The notes under the pieces are model-generated. The model was given only the letters and a program-made list of their open reading frames with translations, was not told where the DNA came from and made no database searches. Positions 51,682 through 61,050 of a stretch of 64,000 nt of DNA are shown in pieces. The translations under genes were made by a program, and so were the position numbers. The DNA comes from Candidatus Latescibacterota bacterium. GTDB lineage: Bacteria > Latescibacterota > UBA2968. The stretch spans positions 1,152,001 to 1,216,000 of the forward strand of contig OZ244960.1 in the NCBI GenBank assembly GCA_965222605.1, read 5' to 3'. Numbering within the stretch: position 1 is the stretch's first letter; each line of letters starts with the position of its first letter.

Positions 51682-51714
51682 AAAAAAAACCGCCGTCAAA
51701 AAGCCGACGGCGGT
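51682..51714 (-). terminator. attenuator terminator 1
   Basis: Minus strand ACCGCCGTC-GGCTTTTT-GACGGCGGT followed by a T-run. Confidence 0.85.
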
Positions 51715-51741
51715 CAAATTTTTCAAAACACAAAAAAACCG

Positions 51742-51849
51742 TCAGCAAACCCACACAGCGGACCACCAACCACGGACGGTCTCAGACACACGGGGAGCCA
51801 GCACCCTATAGGGCATCGCATCAGTCAAAATGTGATCGTGCATAGTCAT
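51742..51849 (-). CDS. Trp leader peptide 1 (35 aa, MTMHDHILTDAMPYRVLAPRVSETVRGWWSAVWVC)
   Basis: GGGAG SD, GWW motif as in TrpL, stop just before the terminator; ACCGTC/GACGGT segments allow alternative 1:2, 2:3 and 3:4 pairing. Confidence 0.75.
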   Translation of the reverse strand: MTMHDHILTDAMPYRVLAPRVSETVRGWWSAVWVC

Positions 51850-51862
51850 AAAAACTCCCGTG

Positions 51863-51971
51863 ATGTATCGCCGATGAAAATAACGACTTCAACACCTCAA
51901 GTCAAGCCGTTTGATCTTCTTTTTTACCACGCGTTCCCCATAAGACAACTCGCACGTCCCCGTATCGTACG
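51863..51971. repeat. diverged direct repeat copy A (DCC gene 3' end plus promoter)
   Basis: Aligns by eye with 54747-54859 at roughly 80% identity; contains minus-strand TTGACT-17-TATTTT. Confidence 0.85.
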
Positions 51972-51989
51972 GAGCGGCTGCAGCAGGCA

Positions 51990-53462
51990 TCAGCTCACGA
52001 ACCGGAACGAGTAGAGCTTTGCCGACCGCATCACGACGCGAAGCCGCAGCGGCCCCCGATCCGTGGGGATCCGGCGGCCAGCCCCCTGCCACGACACGCC
52101 TGCCTTGATTGCGTTGGCGACAATCGTCTCGCACGTCTTCAGCGTGTAGCCTTCCACGGGGCGCCCCTCCTCGTCCTGCAACTCGACCAGCAGCCAGCCG
52201 CCCCCGCCACAGTCCACATTCAGCTCGAGCGCCTGGCCGTCGAACGCCAGCGGCGGTGTCACAAACTCTCCGCCAGAGAGAGACGCATCCGCCGAGACGA
52301 AACCGTCCCGCCTCAGGATCGCCCGGAACAGACCGGTGTTCCAACCGTCGGGAGCCTCATCATTGTGCCGCCCTCCCCGGCCCGAATAGTAGATCCACAT
52401 CTCGGTCTCGGTAAGCACGGGCCAGACATTGGCCATCACCATGCCACCCGATGGCCCCCCATCCAGCCCCCGGCGGATGAACGGCTCCCGGTCTCCCTGA
52501 CGCGACCATATGACTCCGTCACGGCTCGTGAGGAGCCGGACGTCCATCGTGGCCGGGAAATCGGACGCTTCCCAGTGGTAGTAAGCGGCGGGCATCATGA
52601 AGTACGCATCATCCGCCTCGGGATGCTTGTAAACCGCGTTCGTGTAGTAGTCGACCTGCGGCCTGTCCATCGACCGGGGAGGCAGAGGGGCTTCCAGGTC
52701 CAGCGCATCCCCTTCCAGGACGATCAGCGTGGGCTGCGACCAGGTCTTGAAGTTGGGCGACGTGATCCGGCCAACGGACCGGTACCGCTTTCCGAGCTTC
52801 ATTTCCGCCGCCTCGTCCCGTCGCTGGGTCTCGTGTACCCGCGTATAGCCGACATAGAGGTCTAGGCTGTCATCCCAGAAGAAGACATTCTGGGTGTCGC
52901 ACATCTGGTTGGGCGGATTCGGCTGGCCCTCATCATACGTCCAATGGATCCCGTCGGGTGAATGCATGGCCCAGAGCCCCGGCTGAACACCGGCCTCGAT
53001 CTCATCATCCCTGGGCTGGTACTTCGACCAGAGCCGGTAGCGCGAATCGGCGGGCGCGCGTTCGTCTATATAGACCGTCGCACCCTGCATGCTCTGACGC
53101 TCATCCAGCGGAGCGACGATGTTGTTGGCGGTGCTGCCCTGGAACGAGACGAGGTGCATCTCCGGCTTCTGCCAGGAGACCCCGTCTTCGGACTCCGCAT
53201 AGCAGAGACGGACCGCCCCTTCCTGCGGACCTCCCGATTTCATCTGTGCGCCGTACCAGAGCCGGAAGTGCCGCTCCCCTTCCCGGATCACCGTGTTGTA
53301 CCCCCCAATCCCGAGCTTCTCCCACGGCTTGTCCGCCCGGAGCACCGGCTCGGGGGACTGCAAAGGCGGGTTCATACGGAGGTTGACGCCGGAGGCCCGA
53401 TCAAAGAAGCGCGCGTCGATGAAAAGCTGCTTCCGGCTTCCGACTTGGACTGTAGCGGTCAT
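51990..53462 (-). CDS. hypothetical glycoside hydrolase-like beta-propeller protein
   Basis: Repeated S-DG-xW Asp-box-like motifs, QLFID start, RRDGF and KLYSFRF end; high GC. Confidence 0.7.
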   Translation of the reverse strand: MTATVQVGSRKQLFIDARFFDRASGVNLRMNPPLQSPEPVLRADKPWEKLGIGGYNTVIREGERHFRLWYGAQMKSGGPQEGAVRLCYAESEDGVSWQKPEMHLVSFQGSTANNIVAPLDERQSMQGATVYIDERAPADSRYRLWSKYQPRDDEIEAGVQPGLWAMHSPDGIHWTYDEGQPNPPNQMCDTQNVFFWDDSLDLYVGYTRVHETQRRDEAAEMKLGKRYRSVGRITSPNFKTWSQPTLIVLEGDALDLEAPLPPRSMDRPQVDYYTNAVYKHPEADDAYFMMPAAYYHWEASDFPATMDVRLLTSRDGVIWSRQGDREPFIRRGLDGGPSGGMVMANVWPVLTETEMWIYYSGRGGRHNDEAPDGWNTGLFRAILRRDGFVSADASLSGGEFVTPPLAFDGQALELNVDCGGGGWLLVELQDEEGRPVEGYTLKTCETIVANAIKAGVSWQGAGRRIPTDRGPLRLRVVMRSAKLYSFRFVS

Positions 53463-53538
53463 GAGGTACTCCTTCCTGTTGTCGATGCCAACTACGAAAA
53501 GTCTGCCTGAGCCTGATTCCGATCCATCCTGTACATCC

Positions 53539-53765
53539 CTACTCACACGCAAGGGCGGCCAACAAGGCTTTGATATACCCAATTGAGTAGGCGAGCGCGT
53601 GGGTGTTGCCAGCAGGCCCATCCCCTTCGAGCGTCGGATAGTGGTCGGGGTTCAGGCAGCCGTCGTAACCCACCCGCTTCAGCTCGCGCAGGATCTTGAA
53701 CATGTTCATGTCCCCATCGTCAAGCAGGACCTCCTCGAACGCACCGGCGGTTGCAAAGCTGGCCT
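53539..53765 (-). pseudogene. C-terminal fragment of a mannonate dehydratase (UxuA-like)
   Basis: FEEVLLDDGDMNM...GYDGCLNPDHYP...AYSIGYIKALL with no N-terminal part or start. Confidence 0.65.
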
Positions 53766-53806
53766 TTGCTGACCGGCTCAACTTGTAGTCCCGAACCCGA
53801 TCAGTG

Positions 53807-54652
53807 CTACTCCCCTTCTGGATGGCGGCCGCCGAGCAATTGAAGCAGGCGATCGCTGGCAGACACCCGCGCATCTTCGGGAATGGGCACCCGGTTCATC
53901 CACCCGAACCGCCGGAACGCCCAATCGACCGCGTACTGCGACTGCATCAGATACCGCGTGCGATCGGACCTGTTCGGCGCCCCCCGGTGCCAGCACTGCG
54001 GATCCTGCACATAGATGTCCCCCGCCTTGCTGAAAACGGATACAGGACCTTGCCCCTCGAACTCCGGATTCTCCTGACTGTTCGGCTCCTTGCCCGAAAG
54101 GTGGCTTCCGGGGACGTACTGTGTGGGACCGTGTTCGATCCGCTCGATATCGCTCAGCGCCATTTGCACGGTAATCCAGAGTACCGGCGGTCGAATCCGG
54201 GGGTTGTGGCGGGGCACGCTCTCCGGGACGGGAAAGTGGACCGCGCCATCCACGTGCCACCTTTCGATCGCCACGCCGGACTGGTTTCGCAGCACGTTCT
54301 GTCCACAGAACCGGCAATTGGGTCCGACGATCGCCTCGGCAAGGCTCAGGATCGGTTCCCGAAGAAGCATCTCCCTGAAAATCCCGTCCAGCGCGATCGT
54401 GTTCCGCAGGATAAACGGTTGATCCCCCTCGCCGTGCATTTGCACGTAGCGGCGGTCGTGCAAGCCGAGGTCTTCCTCTTCCGCAAGCAGAGGATCATCG
54501 AGAAGCGCATCCGTTCGGTCTCGCAGCGCCTGCATTTCACCTGCTTCGAGCACGCCGGGGATGTGCGCGAAACCGTCCCTGTGGAAGCGGTCGATGATCT
54601 CCTGAGTGGTCTCTTCTCCGAATGGCTCGCCAGATTGGATCGGACTCGACAA
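53807..54652 (-). CDS. phytanoyl-CoA dioxygenase (PhyH) family protein
   Basis: FHRDGF, WHVD, GPTQYVPGSH and WHRGAPNRS motifs; AAGGAGG SD before TTG. Confidence 0.85.
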   Translation of the reverse strand: MSSPIQSGEPFGEETTQEIIDRFHRDGFAHIPGVLEAGEMQALRDRTDALLDDPLLAEEEDLGLHDRRYVQMHGEGDQPFILRNTIALDGIFREMLLREPILSLAEAIVGPNCRFCGQNVLRNQSGVAIERWHVDGAVHFPVPESVPRHNPRIRPPVLWITVQMALSDIERIEHGPTQYVPGSHLSGKEPNSQENPEFEGQGPVSVFSKAGDIYVQDPQCWHRGAPNRSDRTRYLMQSQYAVDWAFRRFGWMNRVPIPEDARVSASDRLLQLLGGRHPEGE

Positions 54653-54746
54653 TGGAATCCTCCTTGAGATGGCCCCGGAAGGGCGTTGGAACACCCCTCT
54701 ATCGGAAGCCGGAAGGTACGTTCGGCGTCGTCCAAACGGAACCGGA

Positions 54747-54859
54747 ATGTATCATCGAAGAAAATAACGACGTCAACAATCCCTGTCAAACCGTTTGATC
54801 TTTTTTTGCATCTGCCACGCGCTCACCATAAGACAACTCGCATGTCCCCGTATCGCACG
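54747..54859. repeat. diverged direct repeat copy B (real 3' end of the DCC gene plus promoter)
   Basis: Counterpart of 51863-51971; contains minus-strand TTGACA-17-TATTTT. Confidence 0.85.
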
Positions 54860-55208
54860 CCACGCGACCTGAAAGGTGGCGATATCGCGCAACCAGTGCA
54901 TATCCCGCCCGAAAAACGAGATGCAAAACCGGCACGCGATACAACCATGCAAACAGATGGAAGGGTGGCAGCCTGCGATAGATATGATACACGGCATCCG
55001 CACCCGCATAAATATCCTCTTTGCCCACCACCAGGCGCATACCCGTATTGAAATCCGACGACGCCAGCTTTGGAAAATGGTCTTCAATCCTCTGCGTCTG
55101 CCTGGGCAAATAGTCAAACTGACTGCGTTTGTCTTTCTCTTTAATACGGCGGACACTCCAGGTACAAAAACGACATTCGCCGTCATATACAACAATCGGT
55201 TTTTCCAT
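54786..55208 (-). CDS. DCC1-like thiol-disulfide oxidoreductase (DUF393)
   Basis: VVYDGECRFC (DxxCxxC) and Y..VARYR motifs. Confidence 0.88.
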   Translation of the reverse strand: MEKPIVVYDGECRFCTWSVRRIKEKDKRSQFDYLPRQTQRIEDHFPKLASSDFNTGMRLVVGKEDIYAGADAVYHIYRRLPPFHLFAWLYRVPVLHLVFRAGYALVARYRHLSGRVACDTGTCELSYGERVADAKKDQTV

Positions 55209-55227
55209 CACGCCTCCGGGAAAAAAC

Positions 55228-56418
55228 CTAACTCCTCGGATAAAACACATCCACCAGAGTCTCCACATCGTCCCATGCACACAAAAATCGCTCTTCAAAA
55301 CTGCGATGGATATTGCGCTCAACCTCTGTCTCGTCGGGCAGCGGAAACACAATCGTCTCTCGATTGGCCTCAATCGACGCATTCACCGCCAGACTCATCT
55401 CCTGATCCAACCGCCCCAGCGCAGCCCCGTAATCCGGCTCGCGATCTTCTCGAACGGCATTGGCGATACTCAACAACTCATCAGCCACAGCCACTTGCCC
55501 TTCACTCAGCGCATAGTTTGCAAATGGATTCTCCCACGCAATCGCACCGCCGGGCAACTCATAGCGAATCTCGCGCAACACATTTACTCCATCTACCGTT
55601 TCCGTCACGCGCACGGGTTCATAAGCCACGCCCTGTGCCCCGGTTTCCAATTCATCCTTTGGCACTATATACACATTGCCATCCACAATGCTACCCGCTG
55701 TCCCGTCAATCTCATCCATACCCGCCTGCTTGCGCCCGAGTGAACGCGCGTGAATCACATTGGAATACACCATAAGAGCAGCCACATCATTGTCAAATTC
55801 CAAAAAACTCAAACTCCATCTTTCCCGGTCGTGATGGCGCTTCATGCGATCTATATGCGGAATCACGGGCGTTGTATGACTCAACCCAATCACCTGCCTG
55901 GGATTACCGCCAGCCAAAACGCGCAACAAACTCATGCCGTGATACCCGCCCTCGTGGCATATTCGATAGATCCGTCCAATCTCTCCAATAACATCTGATA
56001 CGAGCACCTGCTTCTTTAACCGCTCAATCGGCGCGCGATAATAATTTTCGGCGATCTCCAGATAAACGCCCGCATCTCGCGCCTCTCGAATCATCATATC
56101 TGATGCCGGTCGGGTCATAGCAATCGGTGTCTCCACAACCTGATGTACACCCGCTTGCGCCAAAAAACAGCAAATCGCATGGTGTGCCACGCCTGGCACC
56201 ACCACATCGGCAACATCGATATCTTCATTATCGACCAGGTCGCGCACACTCGTATAAGCCTTTACCCCGTGTTCTGCAGCCAAACTTTGGACTGTTTCTT
56301 CATCCTTATCGCAAATAGCGACAAAGTCAAAAACATCTGCCAACTGCATAATTACGGGCAAATGCGCCCCCGCGCCGCGCCGTCCGGCACCCACAAGTGC
56401 AATTTTGAGACGGTCCAT
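55228..56418 (-). CDS. Gfo/Idh/MocA family oxidoreductase
   Basis: KIALVGAG Rossmann motif, ETP (EKP-like) and AENY. Confidence 0.85.
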   Translation of the reverse strand: MDRLKIALVGAGRRGAGAHLPVIMQLADVFDFVAICDKDEETVQSLAAEHGVKAYTSVRDLVDNEDIDVADVVVPGVAHHAICCFLAQAGVHQVVETPIAMTRPASDMMIREARDAGVYLEIAENYYRAPIERLKKQVLVSDVIGEIGRIYRICHEGGYHGMSLLRVLAGGNPRQVIGLSHTTPVIPHIDRMKRHHDRERWSLSFLEFDNDVAALMVYSNVIHARSLGRKQAGMDEIDGTAGSIVDGNVYIVPKDELETGAQGVAYEPVRVTETVDGVNVLREIRYELPGGAIAWENPFANYALSEGQVAVADELLSIANAVREDREPDYGAALGRLDQEMSLAVNASIEANRETIVFPLPDETEVERNIHRSFEERFLCAWDDVETLVDVFYPRS

Positions 56419-56550
56419 AACATCCCTCCAATAGAAATGGTGTTTTCGCCATTCTGCCAATGATCCAACATCAATCTGCTTGCGGAATTCTTATCTTAAC
56501 CTATCTTTGCGATAATTCAAACAATAATCAACACAAAAGAGGAGCAGGTC

Positions 56551-56967
56551 ATGTCGCAAAACAAAACCATCGGAGGTGGGGGCTTTCACCATGTTGCAAT
56601 TCGCGCCCACGACTTTGAAGCATCCGTAAAATTTTATACCGAAGCGATGGGATTTCAAAAAAAAATCACCTGGGGTGAGGGCAAAAGACGCGCCATCATG
56701 CTCGACACCGGGGATGGAAATTACCTCGAAATTTTCGCCAATGGCACAGATGAACCCAAACCCATGGGATCGATCATTCACTTTGCATTGCGCACCAGCG
56801 ACTGCGACGCCGCTATCGAACGCGCCAGAGCAGCCGGGGCCGAAGTCACTGTAGAACCCAAAAACGTCGAAATACCCAGCGAACCCCACAAAACCCCGGT
56901 GCGCATTGCCTTTTGCAAAGGCCCCGACGGCGAAATCATCGAATTTTTTCAAAACGAACTGACTTGA
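56551..56967 (+). CDS. VOC/glyoxalase family protein
   Basis: HHVAI, FYTE, LEIF, HFAL and GPDGEIIEF motifs. Confidence 0.9.
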   Translation: MSQNKTIGGGGFHHVAIRAHDFEASVKFYTEAMGFQKKITWGEGKRRAIMLDTGDGNYLEIFANGTDEPKPMGSIIHFALRTSDCDAAIERARAAGAEVTVEPKNVEIPSEPHKTPVRIAFCKGPDGEIIEFFQNELT

Positions 56968-57082
56968 AACACGAAAGAATCATCATTATCCCGCAATCTA
57001 TACGGGGAACCCCGCTTTGTCCCTAAACGTCTTACACAAGACACCACAACCGTTATTGCATTTGCCGCGAAAAGGAAAAATT

Positions 57083-57505
57083 ATGAACAAAATTATACCT
57101 GTTTTGTGTCTGATATTTGCAATCGCCGCATGCGGTGACGACAACCCCGCCGATTCTGGCCAACCCGTCGTCAATCAAACATTTGATCTACCGGGCGGAA
57201 CACTTAAAGACTTTAGCTTTACCGTTGACACAGATGTACAGCAAAACGTCATTCTGCAAGGTGAATTTAGCGTTGATAACGGCAGTATTCAGATGGCTGT
57301 TATGAACGCATCCGAGTATCAAACCTGGCAAGAAGGAGGCACGCCCGTCGTGCTTTATAGTCCGGGCGAAACATCTGGAGAAACCTTTCGCTTGCCCATT
57401 TATGACAGTGACACCTACTATATCGTTTTTCGCAACACGGGTACAAATGCCGTAACAGTCAAAGCCGAAATTTTCCTGCTCAGTATCTCTGAGGAGGAAC
57501 TTTAG
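57083..57505 (+). CDS. hypothetical lipoprotein
   Basis: MNKIIPVLCLIFAIAAC lipobox; beta-rich body. Confidence 0.7.
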   Translation: MNKIIPVLCLIFAIAACGDDNPADSGQPVVNQTFDLPGGTLKDFSFTVDTDVQQNVILQGEFSVDNGSIQMAVMNASEYQTWQEGGTPVVLYSPGETSGETFRLPIYDSDTYYIVFRNTGTNAVTVKAEIFLLSISEEEL

Positions 57506-57523
57506 AATTTGGTTCTTATGAGC

Positions 57524-57556
57524 AAAGGGACTGTGGTTTACTACAGTCCCTTTTTT
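57524..57556 (+). terminator. intrinsic terminator
   Basis: AAAGGGACTGTGG-TTTA-CTACAGTCCC followed by T6. Confidence 0.8.
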
Positions 57557-57617
57557 ATTTTATCCAAAGATATTTGGCTTTTTTTTCTTTGGTGTATCTC
57601 TGTGTTCAATTTTCCGA

Positions 57618-57646
57618 TTGACGATATGAGAAGGAAAAGTTATAAT
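57618..57646 (+). promoter_or_regulatory. near-consensus sigma70 promoter of the frd operon
   Basis: TTGACG-17 nt-TATAAT. Confidence 0.8.
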
Positions 57647-57686
57647 TACCTTTGTCCGTTATCAATCACAGTTAAATGAGGTATTT

Positions 57687-59393
57687 ATGAACATCCCCAA
57701 GCACGACGTGCTCTTAGTAGGTGGAGGGGGTGCGGGCCTGCGTGCAGCAATCGCCGCATCTGAAACTTATCGTGGTGCAGATATTGGCGTAGTCTCCAAA
57801 GTCTATCCCATGCGAAGTCATACCGTCTCTGCCGAAGGTGGCACGGCAGCGGTCATGCGCGAAGACGACAATCTGGATCTGCATGCTTATGACACCATCA
57901 AAGGCAGCGACTACTTAGGCGATCAGGATGCGGTCGAAGCCTTTGTCAAAGAAGCCGTCGATGAAGTCATCCAGTTAGAACACTGGGGCTGCCCCTGGAG
58001 CCGCGACGAAGACGGCCGAGTAAGCGTCCGCGCATTTGGTGGCATGAGTGTCAAACGCACGCTCTATGCCGCTGACAAAACCGGCTTCCACATGCTGCAC
58101 GCTCTCTTTCAAACATCTCTCAAATACGACGCCATTACCCGATACGACGAATGGTTTGTCACCTCTTTGCTCGTCGAAGATGGCAGGGTATGCGGCGTCA
58201 CTGCTCTCAACATTCGCTCTGGCAACATTCACGCCATTGGCGCGAAATCCGTCATTATATGCACGGGTGGCGCGGGCAAAATTTTTCCATTTACCACCAA
58301 TGCCGCCATCAAAAACGGCGACGGAATGGCTCTTGCCTACCGCATTGGCTGTCCTCTAAAAGACCTCGAATTTGTACAATATCACCCCACGGGCCTGCCC
58401 GGCACGGGTATCTTAATGACCGAAGCCTCGCGGGGCGAAGGCGGTCACCTCGTCAACAGCCAGGGCGAACGCTACCTCAGCGAATACGTGCCTGGCAAAA
58501 TGGAACTCGGTCCGCGCGACATCTTATCTCGCTCCTTTATTCACGAACAGCGCAAGGGCAATGTCTTTGAAGGTCCCGATGGCAGCTACGTTCACCTCGA
58601 CCTTCGGCACCTGGGTGAAAAAGTCATCGACGAAAAACTGCCCTTCGTGCGCGAACTCACCCGCAATTACGTCGGCATTGACCCCGTTCTCGAACCCATT
58701 CCCGTGCGTCCAGTCGTCCACTACTGCATGGGCGGCGTACATACCGATATCCATGGCGCAACACCTATCTCTGGTCTTTATGCCGCAGGCGAAGCGGCTT
58801 GTGTCAGCCTCAATGGAGCCAATCGCCTGGGATCCAACTCACTGACCGAATGCCTCGTCTTTGGCGCGCGCGCAGGTCAAGCAGCCGCACAACACGCCGC
58901 CGACACCGACTTTGCAGATTCGGCCTCAATGGTCAAAATGGCGCAAGACGAGCAAAAACGCATTGAAACTCAATTCTTTGGCAACAACGGCAAAGAGCGC
59001 GTGGCCAATATCCGCGATGATCTCCGCCAAACCATGGAAGAAGGCGCGGGTATTTTCCGAACTGAAGACGCACTCAAAGCCACATGTGACACCATTCGCA
59101 CCCTCAAAGAACGGTATAAAAATATCGGCATAGACGACCACTCGCGCGTCTTCAATACCGACCTCGTCAATGCCCTCGAACTGGGTTACATGCTCGACGT
59201 CGCCGAAGGACTCGCACACTCGGCCCTCTTGCGACGCGAATCTCGAGGCTCTCACGCGCGATCAGACTATGAAGAGCGCGACGACGAAAACTTCCTCAAA
59301 CACTCTCTGGCCTATCAAACCGATGGCGACCCCCGCATCGAGTACCTGCCCGTAACACTCACCCGCTGGGAACCCGAAGAACGAACCTATTAA
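57687..59393 (+). CDS. frdA: fumarate reductase/succinate dehydrogenase flavoprotein
   Basis: [18 protein letters not shown] (covalent FAD His), [16 protein letters not shown] and RESRG motifs. Confidence 0.9.
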   Translation: MNIPKHDVLLVGGGGAGLRAAIAASETYRGADIGVVSKVYPMRSHTVSAEGGTAAVMREDDNLDLHAYDTIKGSDYLGDQDAVEAFVKEAVDEVIQLEHWGCPWSRDEDGRVSVRAFGGMSVKRTLYAADKTGFHMLHALFQTSLKYDAITRYDEWFVTSLLVEDGRVCGVTALNIRSGNIHAIGAKSVIICTGGAGKIFPFTTNAAIKNGDGMALAYRIGCPLKDLEFVQYHPTGLPGTGILMTEASRGEGGHLVNSQGERYLSEYVPGKMELGPRDILSRSFIHEQRKGNVFEGPDGSYVHLDLRHLGEKVIDEKLPFVRELTRNYVGIDPVLEPIPVRPVVHYCMGGVHTDIHGATPISGLYAAGEAACVSLNGANRLGSNSLTECLVFGARAGQAAAQHAADTDFADSASMVKMAQDEQKRIETQFFGNNGKERVANIRDDLRQTMEEGAGIFRTEDALKATCDTIRTLKERYKNIGIDDHSRVFNTDLVNALELGYMLDVAEGLAHSALLRRESRGSHARSDYEERDDENFLKHSLAYQTDGDPRIEYLPVTLTRWEPEERTY

Positions 59394-59403
59394 AGGAAAA
59401 TTT

Positions 59404-60156
59404 ATGAGCGATCACAGAACCATCAAAATCACGGTATTGCGCTATCGTCCAGAAGAAGAGGACGCGCCAACCGAACAGACTTACGAAGTTGAATTTCGCG
59501 ACGACTGGGTCGTTCTCGACGCGCTCAACCACATCAAAGACCACATCGATGGCACGCTTTCATTCCGCTGGTCTTGCCGAATGGGCGTGTGCGGCAGTTG
59601 CGGCATGATGGTCAATGGCGAACCCAAACTCACCTGTGCCGCGATGTTGCGCGACTATTATCCCAACGAAGTGCGCGTGGAACCCCTGGTCAACTTCCCC
59701 ATTGTCCGCGATCTCGTCATCGACATGACTGACTTTATGGACAAACTCAAAGCGGTCAAACCCTGGATCATTCGACAAGAAGAAAAACCCGTATCCGAAG
59801 GGGAATACCTCCAAACGCCTGATCAGCTCAAAGATTACAAACAATTCAGCCAGTGCATCAACTGCATGCTCTGTTACGCAGCCTGCCCGGTCTATGGCCT
59901 CGAACACGACTTCGTCGGTCCGGCCGCAATTGCGTTGGGCCACCGCTACAACCTCGATTCCCGAGATGAAGGCCATCAGCAACGTCAACACGTTATTGCC
60001 AGCAAAGAAGGCATCTGGGAATGCACGTATGTCGGTGAATGCTCCGTCGTTTGTCCCAAACACGTCGATCCCGCAGAAGCCATTCAACAGACCAAAGTGG
60101 CAACCACAACCAACCGCTTCAAATCGCTTGTCATGCCCTGGAGAAACAAAACATGA
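59404..60156 (+). CDS. frdB: fumarate reductase iron-sulfur subunit
   Basis: [23 protein letters not shown] and [13 protein letters not shown] motifs. Confidence 0.9.
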   Translation: MSDHRTIKITVLRYRPEEEDAPTEQTYEVEFRDDWVVLDALNHIKDHIDGTLSFRWSCRMGVCGSCGMMVNGEPKLTCAAMLRDYYPNEVRVEPLVNFPIVRDLVIDMTDFMDKLKAVKPWIIRQEEKPVSEGEYLQTPDQLKDYKQFSQCINCMLCYAACPVYGLEHDFVGPAAIALGHRYNLDSRDEGHQQRQHVIASKEGIWECTYVGECSVVCPKHVDPAEAIQQTKVATTTNRFKSLVMPWRNKT

Positions 60157-60587
60157 TGCTCGATTCCGAAACGACCAAAACCTATACGCGCCCCATATCC
60201 AAAGCCTGGTGGCTGCGCGACCGCGGACATTTTAATCGCAGATATTTCATGTTCTTGATCCGCGAACTCACAAGCGTATTCGTCGGCCTGTATGTTGTGC
60301 TCTTTATCTACGAACTTTTTCTTTTGACAAAAGGGCCAGATGCACACGCTGCGTTCCAGGAATCTCTCAGATCGGGTCCCTTTATTGTCTTTTTTGTCAT
60401 CGCCCTGCTCTTCGCCCTTTACCACAGCTGGACATGGTTGGGGCTAACGACCAAAATGCAGGCGGCTGGGCGTGGGCTCGTTAAAATTGGCACAAAGACC
60501 TTGCCTCCCATTTTTGTCGCACTGGGGTCTTATGGCGCGTGGATTGTTGCGACACTTGTCATCGCCTACCTATTCCTAACTCTTTAG
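60153..60587 (+). CDS. frdC: fumarate reductase membrane anchor C
   Basis: YTRP...WW...RELT...HSWTW, three TMs, E. coli FrdC pattern. Confidence 0.85.
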   Translation: MMLDSETTKTYTRPISKAWWLRDRGHFNRRYFMFLIRELTSVFVGLYVVLFIYELFLLTKGPDAHAAFQESLRSGPFIVFFVIALLFALYHSWTWLGLTTKMQAAGRGLVKIGTKTLPPIFVALGSYGAWIVATLVIAYLFLTL

Positions 60588-60602
60588 ATCGAGGATATCG
60601 CT

Positions 60603-60965
60603 GTGAATTACAAAGAACACAAAAGCGAACCCTTCTGGTGGGGTATGTTCTCTCAAGGTGGTGTTATTGCCGCACTCCTCATACCCATCCACATTTTTTT
60701 ATGTGGTCTGGCTGTTCCACTGGGGCTTATAGACCCCGAACTTCTGTCTTACGAGCGAATAACAGCACTGCTCCAAAATCCACTTGTCAAACTCTACCTC
60801 TGTGTTCTGCTCATCTTCCCCCTCTACCACGCGGCTCACCGAATCCGCTTCACCCTCGCCGAAATCGGATTGCACAGCCTCGCCAAAGTCCTGCCCGTTC
60901 TCTGCTATGGCGGCGCACTATTAGGCACAGCGGTAGTCCTCTACATCTTGTGGGTATTGCTCTAA
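60603..60965 (+). CDS. frdD: fumarate reductase membrane anchor D
   Basis: SEPFWWGMFSQGG and PLYHAAHRI, FrdD pattern. Confidence 0.88.
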   Translation: MNYKEHKSEPFWWGMFSQGGVIAALLIPIHIFLCGLAVPLGLIDPELLSYERITALLQNPLVKLYLCVLLIFPLYHAAHRIRFTLAEIGLHSLAKVLPVLCYGGALLGTAVVLYILWVLL

Positions 60966-60988
60966 GCCATCTCAACAAAAAAAATAAA

Positions 60989-61025
60989 AAGCTCGGATGA
61001 ATTCTGAAGAAGTTCATCCGAGCTT
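60989..61025. terminator. hairpin terminator between convergent genes
   Basis: AAGCTCGGATGAA...TTCATCCGAGCTT 13-bp stem with an A-run on the left (U-tail on minus strand). Confidence 0.75.
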
Positions 61026-61050
61026 GTGTTTTGCGGCAAAAAACCGATTT

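Noticed and set aside
51484-51860. T-box riboswitch upstream of trpS
   Set aside because: No recognisable T-box consensus before either terminator; Trp-codon leader peptides explain the structure better.
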